DNA of 63,958 nucleotides, filler included, from Chiloscyllium plagiosum (lineage: Eukaryota): the NCBI RefSeq assembly GCF_004010195.1. It is 4 parts of 2 records of this genome, joined end to end, with 100 filler letters (N's around TTAATTAATTAA, not from the genome) between each part and the next. Parts side by side here need not be neighbours in the genome. Positions count along the whole stretch, not along the records: positions 23,991 to 55,371 come from NC_057713.1; 3 more parts are not named here. One strand, given 5' to 3'. Shown here piece by piece: positions 38,691 through 51,651 of the stretch; the first letter of the stretch is position 1; every line of letters starts with the position of its first letter. The position numbers and the translations under genes are program-made. The notes beneath the pieces are model-generated. The model saw only the letters and a program-made list of their open reading frames with translations, was not told the origin of the DNA and made no database searches.

Positions 38691-39638
38691 TCCTTACAGC
38701 TAAACACACAAAATACTTCCCACAAGAAGTACAGTACTAGTAATGAAACAGAAAATGTAGGCACTTGGAAAAGTTACATGATTAAAATTAAAAGGAGACG
38801 TAACAAAGAGGAAATCTAATGTACATAGGGAGAAAATAGACTAGTGTGGCAATTATAAAGGGGAGGAACAGCAGATGTCTGTTGGTCATAAGGTAGAACT
38901 TTAAGAGTGATTGCAGTATTGCAAAACACCACCAAGAGGCTACAAAAATAGTTATTAACAGTACAACATTCTTATGTTTGAATATTATCCACTCTTATCA
39001 CTATACTGAAGCATTCTAGCATTTTCCTCTGTATTGTCACCCACGATACCACTTCGGTCTTTAAATCTTCATGCATATCCTTGACATATCAACACAATAT
39101 GACTGAACTTTTTTTTAACAACCTTCTCTTTTATTATTTCCATACCAAGTTATTTTCAATCCAACGACTTGGTGCTAAATTAAAACAGGACTCTGCTTTT
39201 CTTCTCCCATCTGCATACCTCTTCTCCATCAGTTGGCCTGCTGGGATGTCTCAGCTCACCATGTTATTGTCAGTTATTACAGTACAGTACTTGTCTGTTT
39301 TAAGACTGAAGCCAAGTCGTGCCTCCTCAGTGCTGTTGTAAGTTAAAATAGCATTCTTTCTTTCACGTTGATGCCTCCCACAAATAATCTCCCTGTCAGA
39401 TACACCAACTTACTTGAATGCATAAAATAACTTTGGCAGCTCAATTTCATCTGAATAAAACAGCTTGTTACTTTTACTCATGCTAAATTTTCAGGTGCTG
39501 TACATGTGTTCAACCAAACTTTCCCTAACGTTCCACCTGGTCAGCCAGGTGGACCTCATAGAATATGAGTTCCTGCATTGGTGCTGTTAGCCTGGTCCAA
39601 TCAGGAAGCCCTGGCTGACAGATATAAACAGAAGTGTC

Positions 39639-39908
39639 GGCGGCACGGTGGCACAGTGGTTAGCACTGCTGCCTCGCAGCGCTAGAGACTCGGGTTCAAT
39701 TCCCGACTCAGGCGACTGACTGTGTGGAGTTTGCACGTTCTCCCCGTGTCTGCGTGGGTTTCCTCCGGGTGCTCCGGTTTCCTCCCACAGTCCAAAGATG
39801 TGCAGGGTCAGGTGAATTGGCCATACTAAAATTGCCCGTAGTGTTAGGTAATGGGTAAAATGTAGGGGTATGGGTGGGTTTCGCTTCAAAAAAAAAAAAA
39901 AAAAAAAA
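39639..39908 (+). mobile_element. HE1-type SINE, 3'-truncated, with poly(A) tail and 15-bp TSD
   Basis: Full 5' end ggcggcacggtggcacagtgg and about 21 A at 39888-39908. TSD ataaacagaagtgtc at 39624-39638 and 39909-39923. Confidence 0.93.
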
Positions 39909-39923
39909 ATAAACAGAAGTGTC

Positions 39924-40137
39924 CACACAGCACTGCCCTTTGATGTGAAGGGCAGTGTTTGTCACTGGCCACCCGGGTGTTTTCCTATCTTCTTGGTGGT
40001 GGAAATTGAATAAAGATTTGTGCACTTTGTGTCTTTCACTGTGTCTCACACCTGCACACACACTCCATGGGTGCTGGGGAAAAAATAAGCACTACCGCAC
40101 TTAGGTAGTAGTGTAGGGGTTAATATATATATAAAAA
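39924..40137 (+). mobile_element. 5'-truncated retroposon 3' UTR fragment
   Basis: Contains AATAAA, two small hairpins (ctgccctttgatgtgaagggcag; cactaccgcacttaggtagtagtg) and an A/T tail. Flanked by a diverged TSD copy, atacacaggagtgtc (40138-40152). Confidence 0.55.
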
Positions 40138-41539
40138 ATACACAGGAGTGTCAGAGGTTATGTTCACACCTGAGTGCTGGCTCTGAGGGAGTTGGACCAG
40201 TGTTACATACTACACATGTGTAAATAAAGGGTGACTTGGTGACAGGATACCAGCCTCTGTGGATCCATTTCACTGGGTTTACATTAGATAGCGTAATGTG
40301 TGACTCCATGCCCACCTGGGATTTGGGTTTACTGTCATGATTTCCTAATTCATTTTTACAGGAAGCCCATTTCTTACTGATGTGTACTGATGATCTCTTC
40401 ACATGTGGACACATTTTGCATCTCTTATAGCAATTCCTTTTCCTATCCCCATGCACGAAAATATTACCTTCACTCAGTCCTGTACCACATCACAATTAAA
40501 ACATAGGGATCCAATTTTTTTATCCCTCCATGTAGATGACCATTACTATTCCAAATGCCATCAGGTAAGGTAAAGGGCAGAATGTTTTTGGCTTGTGATG
40601 GTAGGCTTGAAAGCATTGGGAGCCTGGGAAAGTAGGGAGGGATCAGATCAAGTAATAAAACCTAATCATCAGTATTATGCTATTGCTCACTTTCTTTCTC
40701 CTGGAATTGTTGTGTTGTGGTACGCAGTGGTTCTTGGGGAACACAGCAGAAATTCAGAAGAAATAGCTTGTTTTAAGGTGAGGGAAAGAGTAGAAAGCAA
40801 AAACTCCATGGTTGGACCACCTGCAACTTGTTTATCAAGCCAGATAGCAGGATGAAGATACGCTGGGAAGTGAGAGGTGCAATCATAAAGTCAGAAATAT
40901 ATAGCATCATCTTCAGTGATGCTGGTGCTTTCCTCCATCAATCCCTGTGTCCAAAAATATCCAAATAGCAAATAATAATTGTTGGTCTACTCTGGTGCTG
41001 GAAAATCTTACCTTCATACTTTCTTTTTACCTTCACTGGTTGGAGAGCAAGAGCAAATGGAGGCTGAGAAAATCTGGGGTGTGGGGTACAACTATGGTCA
41101 AGAACAGCAAGTAGAAGGTATCTTTTTCTAAAACTCCCACTCATTGACCGGTGTCAGTCGTGCTTTTACAACTCCATTTTGGAGTGATGTTTACCTGGTG
41201 AAATGTTTAAAATTTTCTGTTCATAGAAGTAGAGTGCATGTCGCTCACTTGTTAAACCCCGTGAACCCTTGGGAATAACTTTTTCACCTGTAAAGCATAT
41301 TTTCAGCCCAACTCCAAGGAAGGACTGCCAGATCTCTCACCTCAACACATGTTCCATGACAGATGTGTCTTCCCTTGCTAAGGGCTGCCACTTTGCTCAT
41401 CAAATTAAAATAAAGCCCACTTATTAAAATTTTACAATTCTCTGCTGCTTAAAGGTTGTAATTAATGCTGAATAAGTACTTACAACATTTTACAAGGGCC
41501 CACATAAAATATTATTGTGCAAACTCGAATTCACGACAT

Positions 41540-41975
41540 GTGGGATAACATGGATAGACATTTGGCCAGCATGCTGGCGGTAAACAGTAGGTACAAAGTG
41601 GTCTTTTCCAGACTGGTAGGATGTGACAAATAGGATCCCTCAGGGACCCAGTGCTTGGCTACCAAAGTTTTACAATTTATATCAATGACTTAGAGGAGGC
41701 GAAGAAAGGCAATGTGGCTACATTAGCAGATGCCACAAAGGTAGGTAGGAAAGTATGTTGTGAAGGTGACATAACAAGGATGCAGACCAATATAGATAGG
41801 TATAATATAGGAAAATATGAAGTTATTCATTTTGGCAGGAAAACTTTAAAAAGGCACGGTTTTATTTAAATGGAGTACAACTAGAGATGGATCTGGCGTT
41901 TTAGTTACAAAACATTAGTATGCATAATCAAGAAGGCTAATGGATGCTATTCTTTATTACAAGAGGAATTGAGCT
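41540..41975 (+). mobile_element. Degraded CR1 RT fragment
   Basis: PQGPVLG, FTIYINDLEE...LADATKVG and KYEVIHFGRK. Confidence 0.85.
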
Positions 41976-42255
41976 TAAAACCTTAAAACCAAGCTTTCTT
42001 TTACATTGCTTGAATTGATCACTGAAACTAGTTGTGCATTTTGTTTGATACTTTACACATCTAAACTTTATTAATCTGTAAGGTTCCATTGCATCCCCAA
42101 CATTTCACCTTTAACAAGGACCCTAGTTTTGTGAATGAGTTTCTTTCATACATATTAATCCATAGACATGAGATCTTGTCTGCTGTATAACTGCAGGAAC
42201 TGATCAGTACGCACGCGTTATGCTCGCCACTCTTGAGAAAGCTGAATTACAGTGT

Positions 42256-42468
42256 TGATTAGAGTGGTGCTGGAAAGCACAGCAGATTATGCAGCATCCG
42301 AGGAGCAGGAAAATAGACGTTTCAGGCAGGAGCGCTCAAGAGCCCTTGAGCGCTCCTGCCCGAAACGTTGATTTTCCAGCTCCTCGGATGCTGCCTGACC
42401 TGCTGTGCTTTTCCAGCACCACTCTAACCTTGACTCTGATCTCCAGCATCTGCAGTCCTCACTTTCGA
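42256..42468. mobile_element. Fold-back Penelope-derived element
   Basis: Inverted arms of about 85 bp with a perfect 16-bp stem (42325-42340 / 42345-42360, loop agcc). TSD ctgaattacag(t/c)gt at 42242-42255 and 42469-42482. Confidence 0.88.
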
Positions 42469-43369
42469 CTGAATTACAGCGTACTCTAATCACTGCTTTC
42501 ACAATTTTATTTTGATTATTCATTCAGGAGATATGAGCTTTGCTGGCTATATCAGCATTTATTGCGCACTCTTTGTTGCCATTGACGGCGGTGAGCTGCC
42601 TTCCCGAACTGCTGGATTCTTTTTGCTACATTCTTCTAGGTACATCCAAAATTCTGTCAGTGACAAGAGTTCTATGATTTGACTCAGCAACAGTGAAGGA
42701 ATGATGATATAGAGTAAGGTTGGTAGAATGCACAATATTGCACAATAATCCCTAAATTGGGAACTCCGTGAAAGAACTATTGCATTCAACACTGCTCATC
42801 TTGATAATGATGGTGTAACAAATAATCTGTAGTTAGTTGTGCAAGGGATCTGATTGGAAGCTCAGCTCTTACTTTAATGATGGTAATAAACCTGCACCCT
42901 TTTTTCTTTTACTTAACCAGTTCGCCTTTAAAATAATAAGTTCTTTCATTCTCTTTTAATTAATGCCAGTTCCTCACTTGACATACCCTAATGCTTTACA
43001 TCAATCAGTTCTTTCACAAATATTCACCCTTTATCAGATATCTAGAGCTTTTTTAGTTGAATTCAAAGGATTACTGCTCCTCAATATATGCAATGGCTCT
43101 GAAAGCAATTATGAGAAGAAAATTCAGTGGCACAAACAACAAAGCATCTATTCACAATTTAATGCAAACTGCAATCAGTTTCTATGCAAAAAAAAGCCCT
43201 AACAGCAGAAAGGTATTTTCCATGAAATGCACATGAAGCAGAAATAAAAATGGCTCTCAGAATATTTTCTATGCCTGCCTGATTGGTGTGTCACTAATCA
43301 GACTGACCATGTAATAGTCTCTAGTCGTAAATATAGCTCATCAATCTTCGCTTCAAACATTTAAACATT

Positions 43370-43705
43370 TCAGTACTGGTAGAGTATGCACTGTCACAAC
43401 CGGCATATTTTGATGAGATATTATTAAAATGCAGCCCTATCTATTCTCAAAGTAGATAATATAGATCCCATTTTGTATTAGTAAAGAGAAATACTCACTG
43501 CAACCCGGCCATTATTTGACCTTTCACCAACTTCTAAAACAGATTAGTTGGTAATTTATATCGTTGCTATTTTTTGATACTTTGTGCGCAGCAATTTGGC
43601 TATTGCCTTTTCAGTATACAGTAGTGACTACCCTTCAAAAGTACTCAATCAGCTATAAAGTGTTTGGGATGTTCTGAGGTCACAAAAAAAAAATTGAAAT
43701 GTAAA
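43370..43705 (+). mobile_element. Old DeuSINE-like SINE with L2-type tail
   Basis: gcactgtc...gatgagat...agatccca...aaaacagatta...gtgactacccttcaaaagtact...tttgggatgttctgagg. A related remnant lies at about 27990-28218. Confidence 0.6.
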
Positions 43706-46700
43706 TATTCCTCTCTTTTACGTCAAAGCTATAAGAAATTATCATAAATTTACAACTCTGCAAGTATGCATGTATATATAACATGGGGACATAGGAAAAT
43801 TAGAGTTCGGAGCACGATTTGGCCATTTGACCCTTGGTGCCTGCTTCACCATATGATGATTTATTATAAATATCTCTAATTGTAGAAAAACTAGGTTTAG
43901 GGGACTGCCAGGTTGGGTTGGATGTTACAAACTAAAACCATGGGTTAAGATCTAGGTTGTTGGGTTTGACATTTCTGCTTCACACACGGATGACACATAG
44001 CAGAAGACTTATCACCAGCTTTGAAAATAAGGTCAAGAAGATCAGAGCTACGATTTTCTAATAGAACTGTAGAACTATATTAGACAATATCTAATAGAAC
44101 TGGCCAATTTTGTTCTTTGGAAAAATATTGTATCATTTTAATAATTCCAAGTAAGTATTTCCTTTACCTTTAGGAAAAAAAAAAGTACTTTGGGATTTTT
44201 AAAGTTTCAGACTTGTTTTTATTCTGACTTGCTGTTACTACTAAGCATGTGTCTTCCCATTTTATTATGTATCATTTCATCCCTTGACTTAATTCTCTAT
44301 AGACCATTGTAGGTCTAATGTTCCATACCATGTGTTTTACATTTGACTGATGATGACTTTCACATGTGCACCTTTTGATTTTTTTGCTCTGCTGTATATG
44401 TTACACATTTTCATCCTTTCCTAATCTGTATATTTTATTTAATCCTTAGACTGCAGTCTTAATTCACCACACTAAGTTCCTCATTCCTTTTAACCATTTC
44501 ACATCTATAGTCTGCTAGCACTTAAATAAACTGACTGCTTTCTTACAGACTCTTAGTACTGCAGAATAAAAAAAAAATATAAGTTCGATGTAAGCATTAA
44601 AGAAGGACTCAGGCCTCAACTTGTCCAGCTGAGAACAGTAAACAACCTGGCCTGCAGGAAGTTCAGCCAGCACTGACCAAAACTAGGTTTTGGGATGGAG
44701 CTGGTTAGGCTACTGTAAACCCTGAGAAGCTGGCCAGCACATATTCCATGAACCTTTTGCCCAGTCTTTTTTTTATTAAATCCATACTTGGGTCTGAAAA
44801 CAAGTGATTAGCACCTGATTAACATATTCAAGAAACATAAAATCCATTTCAGACAGTGTTCCTGGACATTTGGAAGCTATCGGCTGCCACTTTGGCAGCT
44901 AGTTAAACTTAAGGAACAGGTTTTAGGGCAGAGATCACATTTTGAAATCTGTCATCCTTCAACTCTAACTTTTGGATTCAACAGGGCCTGATCCCCATCA
45001 TGCATCAACAATCAAATGCTTAGCTTCAAATGCAGGCAATGCAAGTTAGAAATTTCAGCAGGCATTGTCTCAAACATCTGATTTCCTCTATTCAGGAAAG
45101 GTTCTGTTCTGAATATGGATTTGTTAAATTACCTTCTGCCCGCCACATTCCAAGTTGGTACAGTATCAAGTCAGTTCTTTATAGTTCTAGACTGTGACAT
45201 TTGTATCACACTTTAATTTAATTCTGAAACCAGTAATTTCAAAACAATCGCATCAAAAGCAGTAATTTATGTTTTGGCAGAGAAACAGTGCTTATACATG
45301 TTACATTTATTTGTTATTAAAATTAATATAAGTGGCATTGGTAGTAATGCCATTAGGGAGGGTTGAGTGACTAAACATTCAATGGTTTTTAAGATATCTG
45401 CTGATTGCTTTCTTTTTGGAAAAAATATTAACAGCATCAACTCAAACCTGTGCCACATATAGATTTAAATGCAGTCTGCAGTCTCAGGTGCAATTGCCAA
45501 GGACAGCCATATTCATTGGTGTAGTCACCACAGCAATATAAAGTCAGATATCTCCGTCGTTCACTGTGGATGTGTGGCAATTGGATATGTTTCATTGTAA
45601 TGAGTAGGAGAGCTGTCCATAATGTAGGATGTCACTGAATTCTCATGATGTGGAGATGCTGGTGATGAATTGTGGTGGATAAAATCAGAAGTCATACGCC
45701 ACCAGGTTATAGACCAACAGGTTTATTTAAAATCTTCATCAGGTGAAGTCAGGGCTTTTCTTGCACTGCATCTAATTTCACAGCTATATAGCAACCATAA
45801 TGGGTCAATGTGCGTACTATTTTCTATGATTGCAACTGGTTTTATTCACAGTGCTTTAAAATGTCTGTCCTATAATTTTCCATATTTCTTTGTTGAAAGA
45901 TGACTTTCTCTGAGTCATTACTCCAAGCTTAACCAATTAAGTAAGGAGAACATCAATAGTAAAGAGACTCTCATAATCAAAGACAGAACCCACTGAACAC
46001 TACAGATCCCACTCCCTGAATATGAAGTTGATGAACGACCATGTTCATATGTGGAAGCAAACAACGCATCCCTTTTCCATTCAGGTTCATGAATTCGCTC
46101 ATCAAATCACTATTCCAGTGAGCATAAAGCCACTTTTCCCATCCTGTAATAAGCCCCAGAGATTATCATTGATCTGTTACTGACTCGCAGCATTTTCTTG
46201 CAAACAATGTTGAAAAATAAACCATCAAAAAACACATTTCCAAATAAACTTTATCAAACAGATCAAACAATATTCCATACAAATATTAACTAACCACCCT
46301 TATGAATTCCCTTGCTGCAATTCATTGTTTGTCCTTTTATTCACTGCTTCTACATTGGGCTTCTAAACATTGCTGATTTTCAGTGAGAGTCTTCACCTTT
46401 GTGCTTGAAGAGGTGTGGCCCCAGCAGACCCGATTTGGTCTGCATAGGTGATAGCAATTTGGGATTGCTGACAGATAATAGCAATGGCACTGAGGGAGTG
46501 ACAGTGATGGATAGATGAATACTGTCATCCCAGGTGGCAAGGTTATCCTCCATTATTTCAAACCTCAGCAATTCAAGCAATCTGTCAGAAGACATTGTGT
46601 TACCCTGGAAGACATTGTGAGTACTGGAATCTGCCACCATGATAGCAGTAGTCCAAGTCTGTACTGCATCAAGCCGGCAACAAGTAGAAATTGTATAATG

Positions 46701-47061
46701 CTAGATGCCTCCAAATTCCTTGGTCTTTGTAACTGGCCAGCCTTTGCACCAAGCATTTTCGTACACAGGCAAAAATGCCTTTTGCTTTAAGCTGCCACAT
46801 TGAAGACATCACCTGAGTCTTCTGCAGCAGACCTTGGTGAATGAAATTGTCCTTAAGCTTTATGCCCCTAATCATAGTCTAGCCACTGGCTACTGTGTCC
46901 AGAGACAATGTGCTGATTCTGCCCTCTGCTAATCTCTAAACTACACAGTCTATTTCTGAGTTTCTGACTGAGTGTGTGAGATTGAGTGATAATAAACAGT
47001 ATGTTGGGTGCTGGGATGCATGCTACAGTCATTTAAATAAGTAAGCAGAACAAGATTTGGA

Positions 47062-47985
47062 TACATAAATAAATCTCTGCAAGCAATTTTGGATTTTTCA
47101 CCTCCTTTGGTAGTTGCTTTTTATAATTAAGATCTTGCAACATGAAAAAAAATTCAGTAATGCGCTCAGATATAATATGCATCATGAAACCTGTGCCTAT
47201 TTGAGACCTTATCCAATTTTTCACCCACATTCTCCCCACCATCCATTAATTGTGATAGATAGAAACAGACTTATCTTTGTGCAAACACAAACAAATGTAT
47301 ACATAATTGAAAGGAAATGCTGTTATACGGAAGGGAGCATTATACCACAAAACACATGATGTATTTGTCTGTTGCCAAAAGTATATAATTTGTTAAGTCT
47401 TATTAAAACAGAAGCCACAATTGTTGTGGTTCACTTAGATCAGGAATCCATTGTGCTTAAAGTGACCTTCTGGCCATTTTGAGACTGGACTGACTTCTTT
47501 ATAATTTGTCTCTAAAGAAGGACTCCTGAAATTAATTAGAATGTATTTTGTTTCTTGGTAGGCAAGTTATTCCTTCCTTTACATTAGAAATGATTAGCTT
47601 TCTTGTGTCTTTTTATATAACTTCTACAAGTACGATATGTGCCACACCTTCAGTGTGACAGCTGCATCTGAAAAGTAGACATAAATAAATATATATCTGA
47701 ACAGCTCTCCCACGGCATTGTTCACAGTGAATCTGAGTTGACACTGATAGAAGAGGAGGTGCTAGCGTGTGGCAGAAGGTGTAAGATGCAGTGAGACAAT
47801 TTGGAAAGCAGCTTTTAAGAGAATATTTCCTAGAAAGTAAATGCCAGTAGTGTTTTCTTACCCACTTCAGGTAGATAAATATATAACTGTCAAAGCTACA
47901 CAAATAAATCTCTGCAAGCAATTTTGGATTCTTCACCTCCTTTGATAGTTGCTTTTTATAATTAAGATCTTGCAACATGAAAAAA
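47062..47985 (+). repeat. Local direct repeat of about 89 bp, 835 bp apart
   Basis: 47062-47150 versus 47897-47985, 3 mismatches. Confidence 0.92.
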
Positions 47986-48764
47986 CTTCAACGTCTTTGC
48001 CAAATATCTCAACAGTGGGATTTAATATAGCTAAGCAGAACCTTTCGGCAAAATATTTTAAATGGTGGATTTTTATTCTGAATCCTCTACTACATTTAAG
48101 TAAGGATACAATGTTAACCATTTATGCTTAACATTGTTGAGTTCCAACTATAGATTAATAATTCAAAGATGGTTGTTATAACCATTGAGGATACATTACA
48201 AAATTCAAAGATTCCATTTTAAAATTTGGCAGAGTATAAATTTTATTTGTGACACATGTAAGGTGGCATAAACAATCAATTGAATATAGTAACGTTAAGT
48301 ATTTTTATTTAAGATTAACTGAGGAACAGTGGAAGACTGTGCTTCATCTTATATTTGTTGTTTCATATTAAAAAGAATAAATTCTGGTAATTTCTAACTT
48401 CCGATAAAATTTTTTTTAGAGAATTTAATTGTTAGTAATTGTTAGTAATTGAGGGGACTGTGTCTATAGATAGTTAATCCTGACATGTCAGAAACCCAAA
48501 CTTACCTCTGACGCTGCTACCACAAGTCTGTGTTGAGACTCGAGACACGCGGGCTCACTCGCTGCCACTGATGCTACCTCTGTGACTGAGCACTTCAACA
48601 ACAGGTAAATTAAATAAAAGAGGAAATAAAAGACAAAAGACAAAGAAAGACGAAAGAAATGAAAAAAAACTGGACGGAGTGGTCAAGCCATGGGCTCAGA
48701 AGCCCTACTCCACTGCCATCTTACCATAAGTTTTAGTTCCTGCTTATTTATTTATTTTTTTATC

Positions 48765-51062
48765 AGGACAGTACAGGTCTTTCAGCCCTTGATGTTGTCC
48801 CGATGTTTTATCCTACTCTAAGATCAGACTAACCTACATACCCTTCATTGTACTATCTTCCATGTGCCTATCCAAGAATTGCTTAAATGTCTGGCTCTAC
48901 TACCATGCACCCAACACTCTCTGTGTAAAGAACCTACCTCTGATATCTCCCTTAAACCTTCCTCCAATCACCTTAAAATTATGTCCCCTTGTGATGGACA
49001 TTTCCACCATGGGAACAAGTCTCTAGCTATCCACTCTATCTGTCCCTCTTATCATCTTGGACACCTCTATCAAGTCTCCTCTCATCCTTCTTCGCTCCAG
49101 TGAGAAAAGCCCTAGCTCCCTCAACCTTTCTTCATAAGACATACCCTCCAGTCCAGGCAGCATTCTGGTAAGTCTCCTCTGCACCCTCTCTAAAGCTGTC
49201 ACATTTGTTCTACAATGAGGCGACCAGAACTGAACACAATATTCCAAGTGTGGTTGAACCAGGGCTCTGTAGAGCTGCAGCATAACCTTGCGGCTCTTAA
49301 ACTCAATCCCCCTGCTAATGAAAGTCAACACACCATATGCCTTCTTAACAATCCTATCCACTTGGATGGCAACTTTGAGGGATCTATGGACATGGGCCCC
49401 AAGATCCTCTGTTCCTCCACACTGCCAAAGAATCCTGCCTTTAACTCTGCATTCTACATTCAAATTCAACCTTCCAAAGTGAATCACTTCACACTTTTCC
49501 AGGTTGAACTCCATCTGCCACTTATCAGCCCAGTTCTGCATCCTGTCAACAACCCACTGCAACCTACAACAGCCCTCCACACTATCCACAACCCATCAAC
49601 CTTCATATCATCAGCAAACCTACTAACCCACCCTTCCACTTTCTCATCCAAGTCATTTATAAAAATCACAAAGAGCAGAGATCCCAGAACTGATCCCTGC
49701 GGAACACCACTGGTCACCAAGCTCCAGGCTGAATACTTTCCACCTCCCATTACGCTCTGTCTTCTATGGGCCAGCCAATTCTGTATCCAGACAGCCAGAT
49801 GTCCCTATATCCCCTGCGTCCTTACTTTCTGAATTAGCCTACCATGGGAACCCTTATTAAATGCCTTGCTAAAATCCATGTACACCACATCCACTGCTCT
49901 ACCTTCATCAAATGTTTTGTCACATCCTCAAATAATTCAAAAAGGTTTGTGAAGCATGACCTGCCCCTCACAAAGCCATACTGGCTATCTCCAATCAAAC
50001 TGTGGTTTTCCAAGTAACCATAAATCCTGACTCTCAAAATCCTCTTCAATGCTTTGCCCACCACAGAAATAAGACTGACTGGTCTGTAACTCCCAGGCTT
50101 ATCCCTATTCCCTTTTTTGAACAAGGGAATGACATTTGCCACCCTCCAACCATCTGGCACTATTCCAGTGGGCAGTGAGGATGTAAAGATCATCGCCAAG
50201 GTGTAGCAATCTCTTTCCTTGTTTACAGTAGTAACCTAGGGTATATCCTATCTGACTCAAGGGATTTGTCTATCCTTATGTTTTTCAGAATTTTCAGTAA
50301 ATCCTCCTTCTTAACATCAACCTGTTTGCGCATAGAGGCCTGTTTCATGCTGTCCTCAGAAACGTCAAAGTCCCTCTCAATAGTGAATACTGAAGCAAAG
50401 TATTCATAAGAACCTCTCCTATCTCCTCAACTCCAGGTGCAAGTTCCCTCCACTATCCCTGACTGTCCCTACCCTCACTCTGGCCATCCTCTTGTTCCTT
50501 ACCTAACTGCAGAATGCCTTAGGGTTTTCCTTAATCCTACCCGTTAAAGAATTTTCATGCCCCCTCTAGCCCTCCTAAGTCCATTCTTCAGTTCCTTCCT
50601 GGCTCCCATGTAACCCTCTAAAGACCTGTCTGAATCTTGCCTCCTCAACGCTAAGTAAGATTCCTTCTTCCTCTTGACTAGATGTTCCACATCCCTTGTC
50701 ACCCAAGGCTCTTTCACCCTACCATCCCTTCCTTGCCTCAGTGGGACAAACCTGTCCAGCAATATCAACAGGTGCTTCCTAAACAACCTCCACATTTCTG
50801 TTGTATATTTTCCCTGAGAACACCTGTTCCCAATGTAGACATCCCAGTTCCTGCCTAATAGAATTGTAATTCCCCCTCCCACAACTAAATACTTTCCCAT
50901 ACCGTCTGCTCCTATTCATCTTCATGAGTATAGTAAAGGTCAGGGAGTTGTGATCACTATCACTGAAATGCTCTCACATTGAGAGATCTGACACCTGGAA
51001 TGGTTTGTTGCCAAGCACCAAATCCAACATGGCCTCCCCTCTAGTAGGCTTATCTACATGTT
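48765..51062 (-). mobile_element. CR1/HER1 LINE ORF2 (late APE, RT, 3' end), frameshifted
   Basis: VPDGWRVANVIPLFKKG...[29 protein letters not shown] and SLERRRMRGDL. Confidence 0.97.
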
Positions 51063-51317
51063 GCTGTTTCAGTAATTGAAAATTTCAGAAAATTGTAGAA
51101 TTATGGTCAGTGCTTCCATATGTTTTCAAAAGCTTTCACATCTTTCTTAAAGTGTAGTGTCTAGAAATGGGCGTAATATTCCAGCTGAGATTGAATTGCC
51201 ATATAGATGTATCATCACTTCCAATTCTTTGTCTCTATTTAGAAAGCCCAGGGCCCCATGTCTTATTGTCTATTCTGTTAACTGTTGTGTCACCTTCAAA
51301 GATTGGTACACATTGGA

Positions 51318-51651
51318 AGGTTGTGGGTTAGTGATAATGTTACGAGGCTAGAAAGCCAGCTCCCCAGGCTAATGTTCGAGGAACATGAATTTGAATCACA
51401 CCATGGCAGATAGTGAAATTTGAATTCAATAAAATCTGGAATAAAGAGCACAACTATGGTAGATTGCTGTGAAGTCCTAACTTGTTTACTCATGTCTTTT
51501 AAGGTAAGAAATCTGCCATTCTTACCTTGTCTGGTCTATATGTAACTCCAGATCCACAGCAATGTGGTTGACTGCCCTCTGGCCAGTTGGTGATGTTTAA
51601 AAAATGCTGGCTTCGCCAGTGATGCACATATCTTGTGAATGAATAAAAAAT
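51318..51651 (+). mobile_element. tRNA-derived SINE inserted in an old CR1 remnant
   Basis: tRNA-like head, gaaatctgcc...actccagatccacagcaatgtggttgact and an aatgaataaaaaa tail. Confidence 0.75.

Larger units (their letters stand above)
39530..40272 (+). mobile_element. Solo LTR interrupted by two retro-insertions
   Basis: CCAAT (ccaatcagg), TATA (gatataaa, 39621), AATAAA (about 40223) and a terminal ...tttca. The sequence is continuous once 39639-40152 is removed. Confidence 0.65.

Noticed and set aside
46330..46980. Cluster of overlapping minus-strand ORFs
   Set aside because: There is no continuous frame or recognisable domain. It is more likely a decayed transposon-associated sequence.
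49215..49832. 205-aa + strand ORF (similarly 54761-55423)
   Set aside because: These are antisense shadows of retroelement coding sequence.
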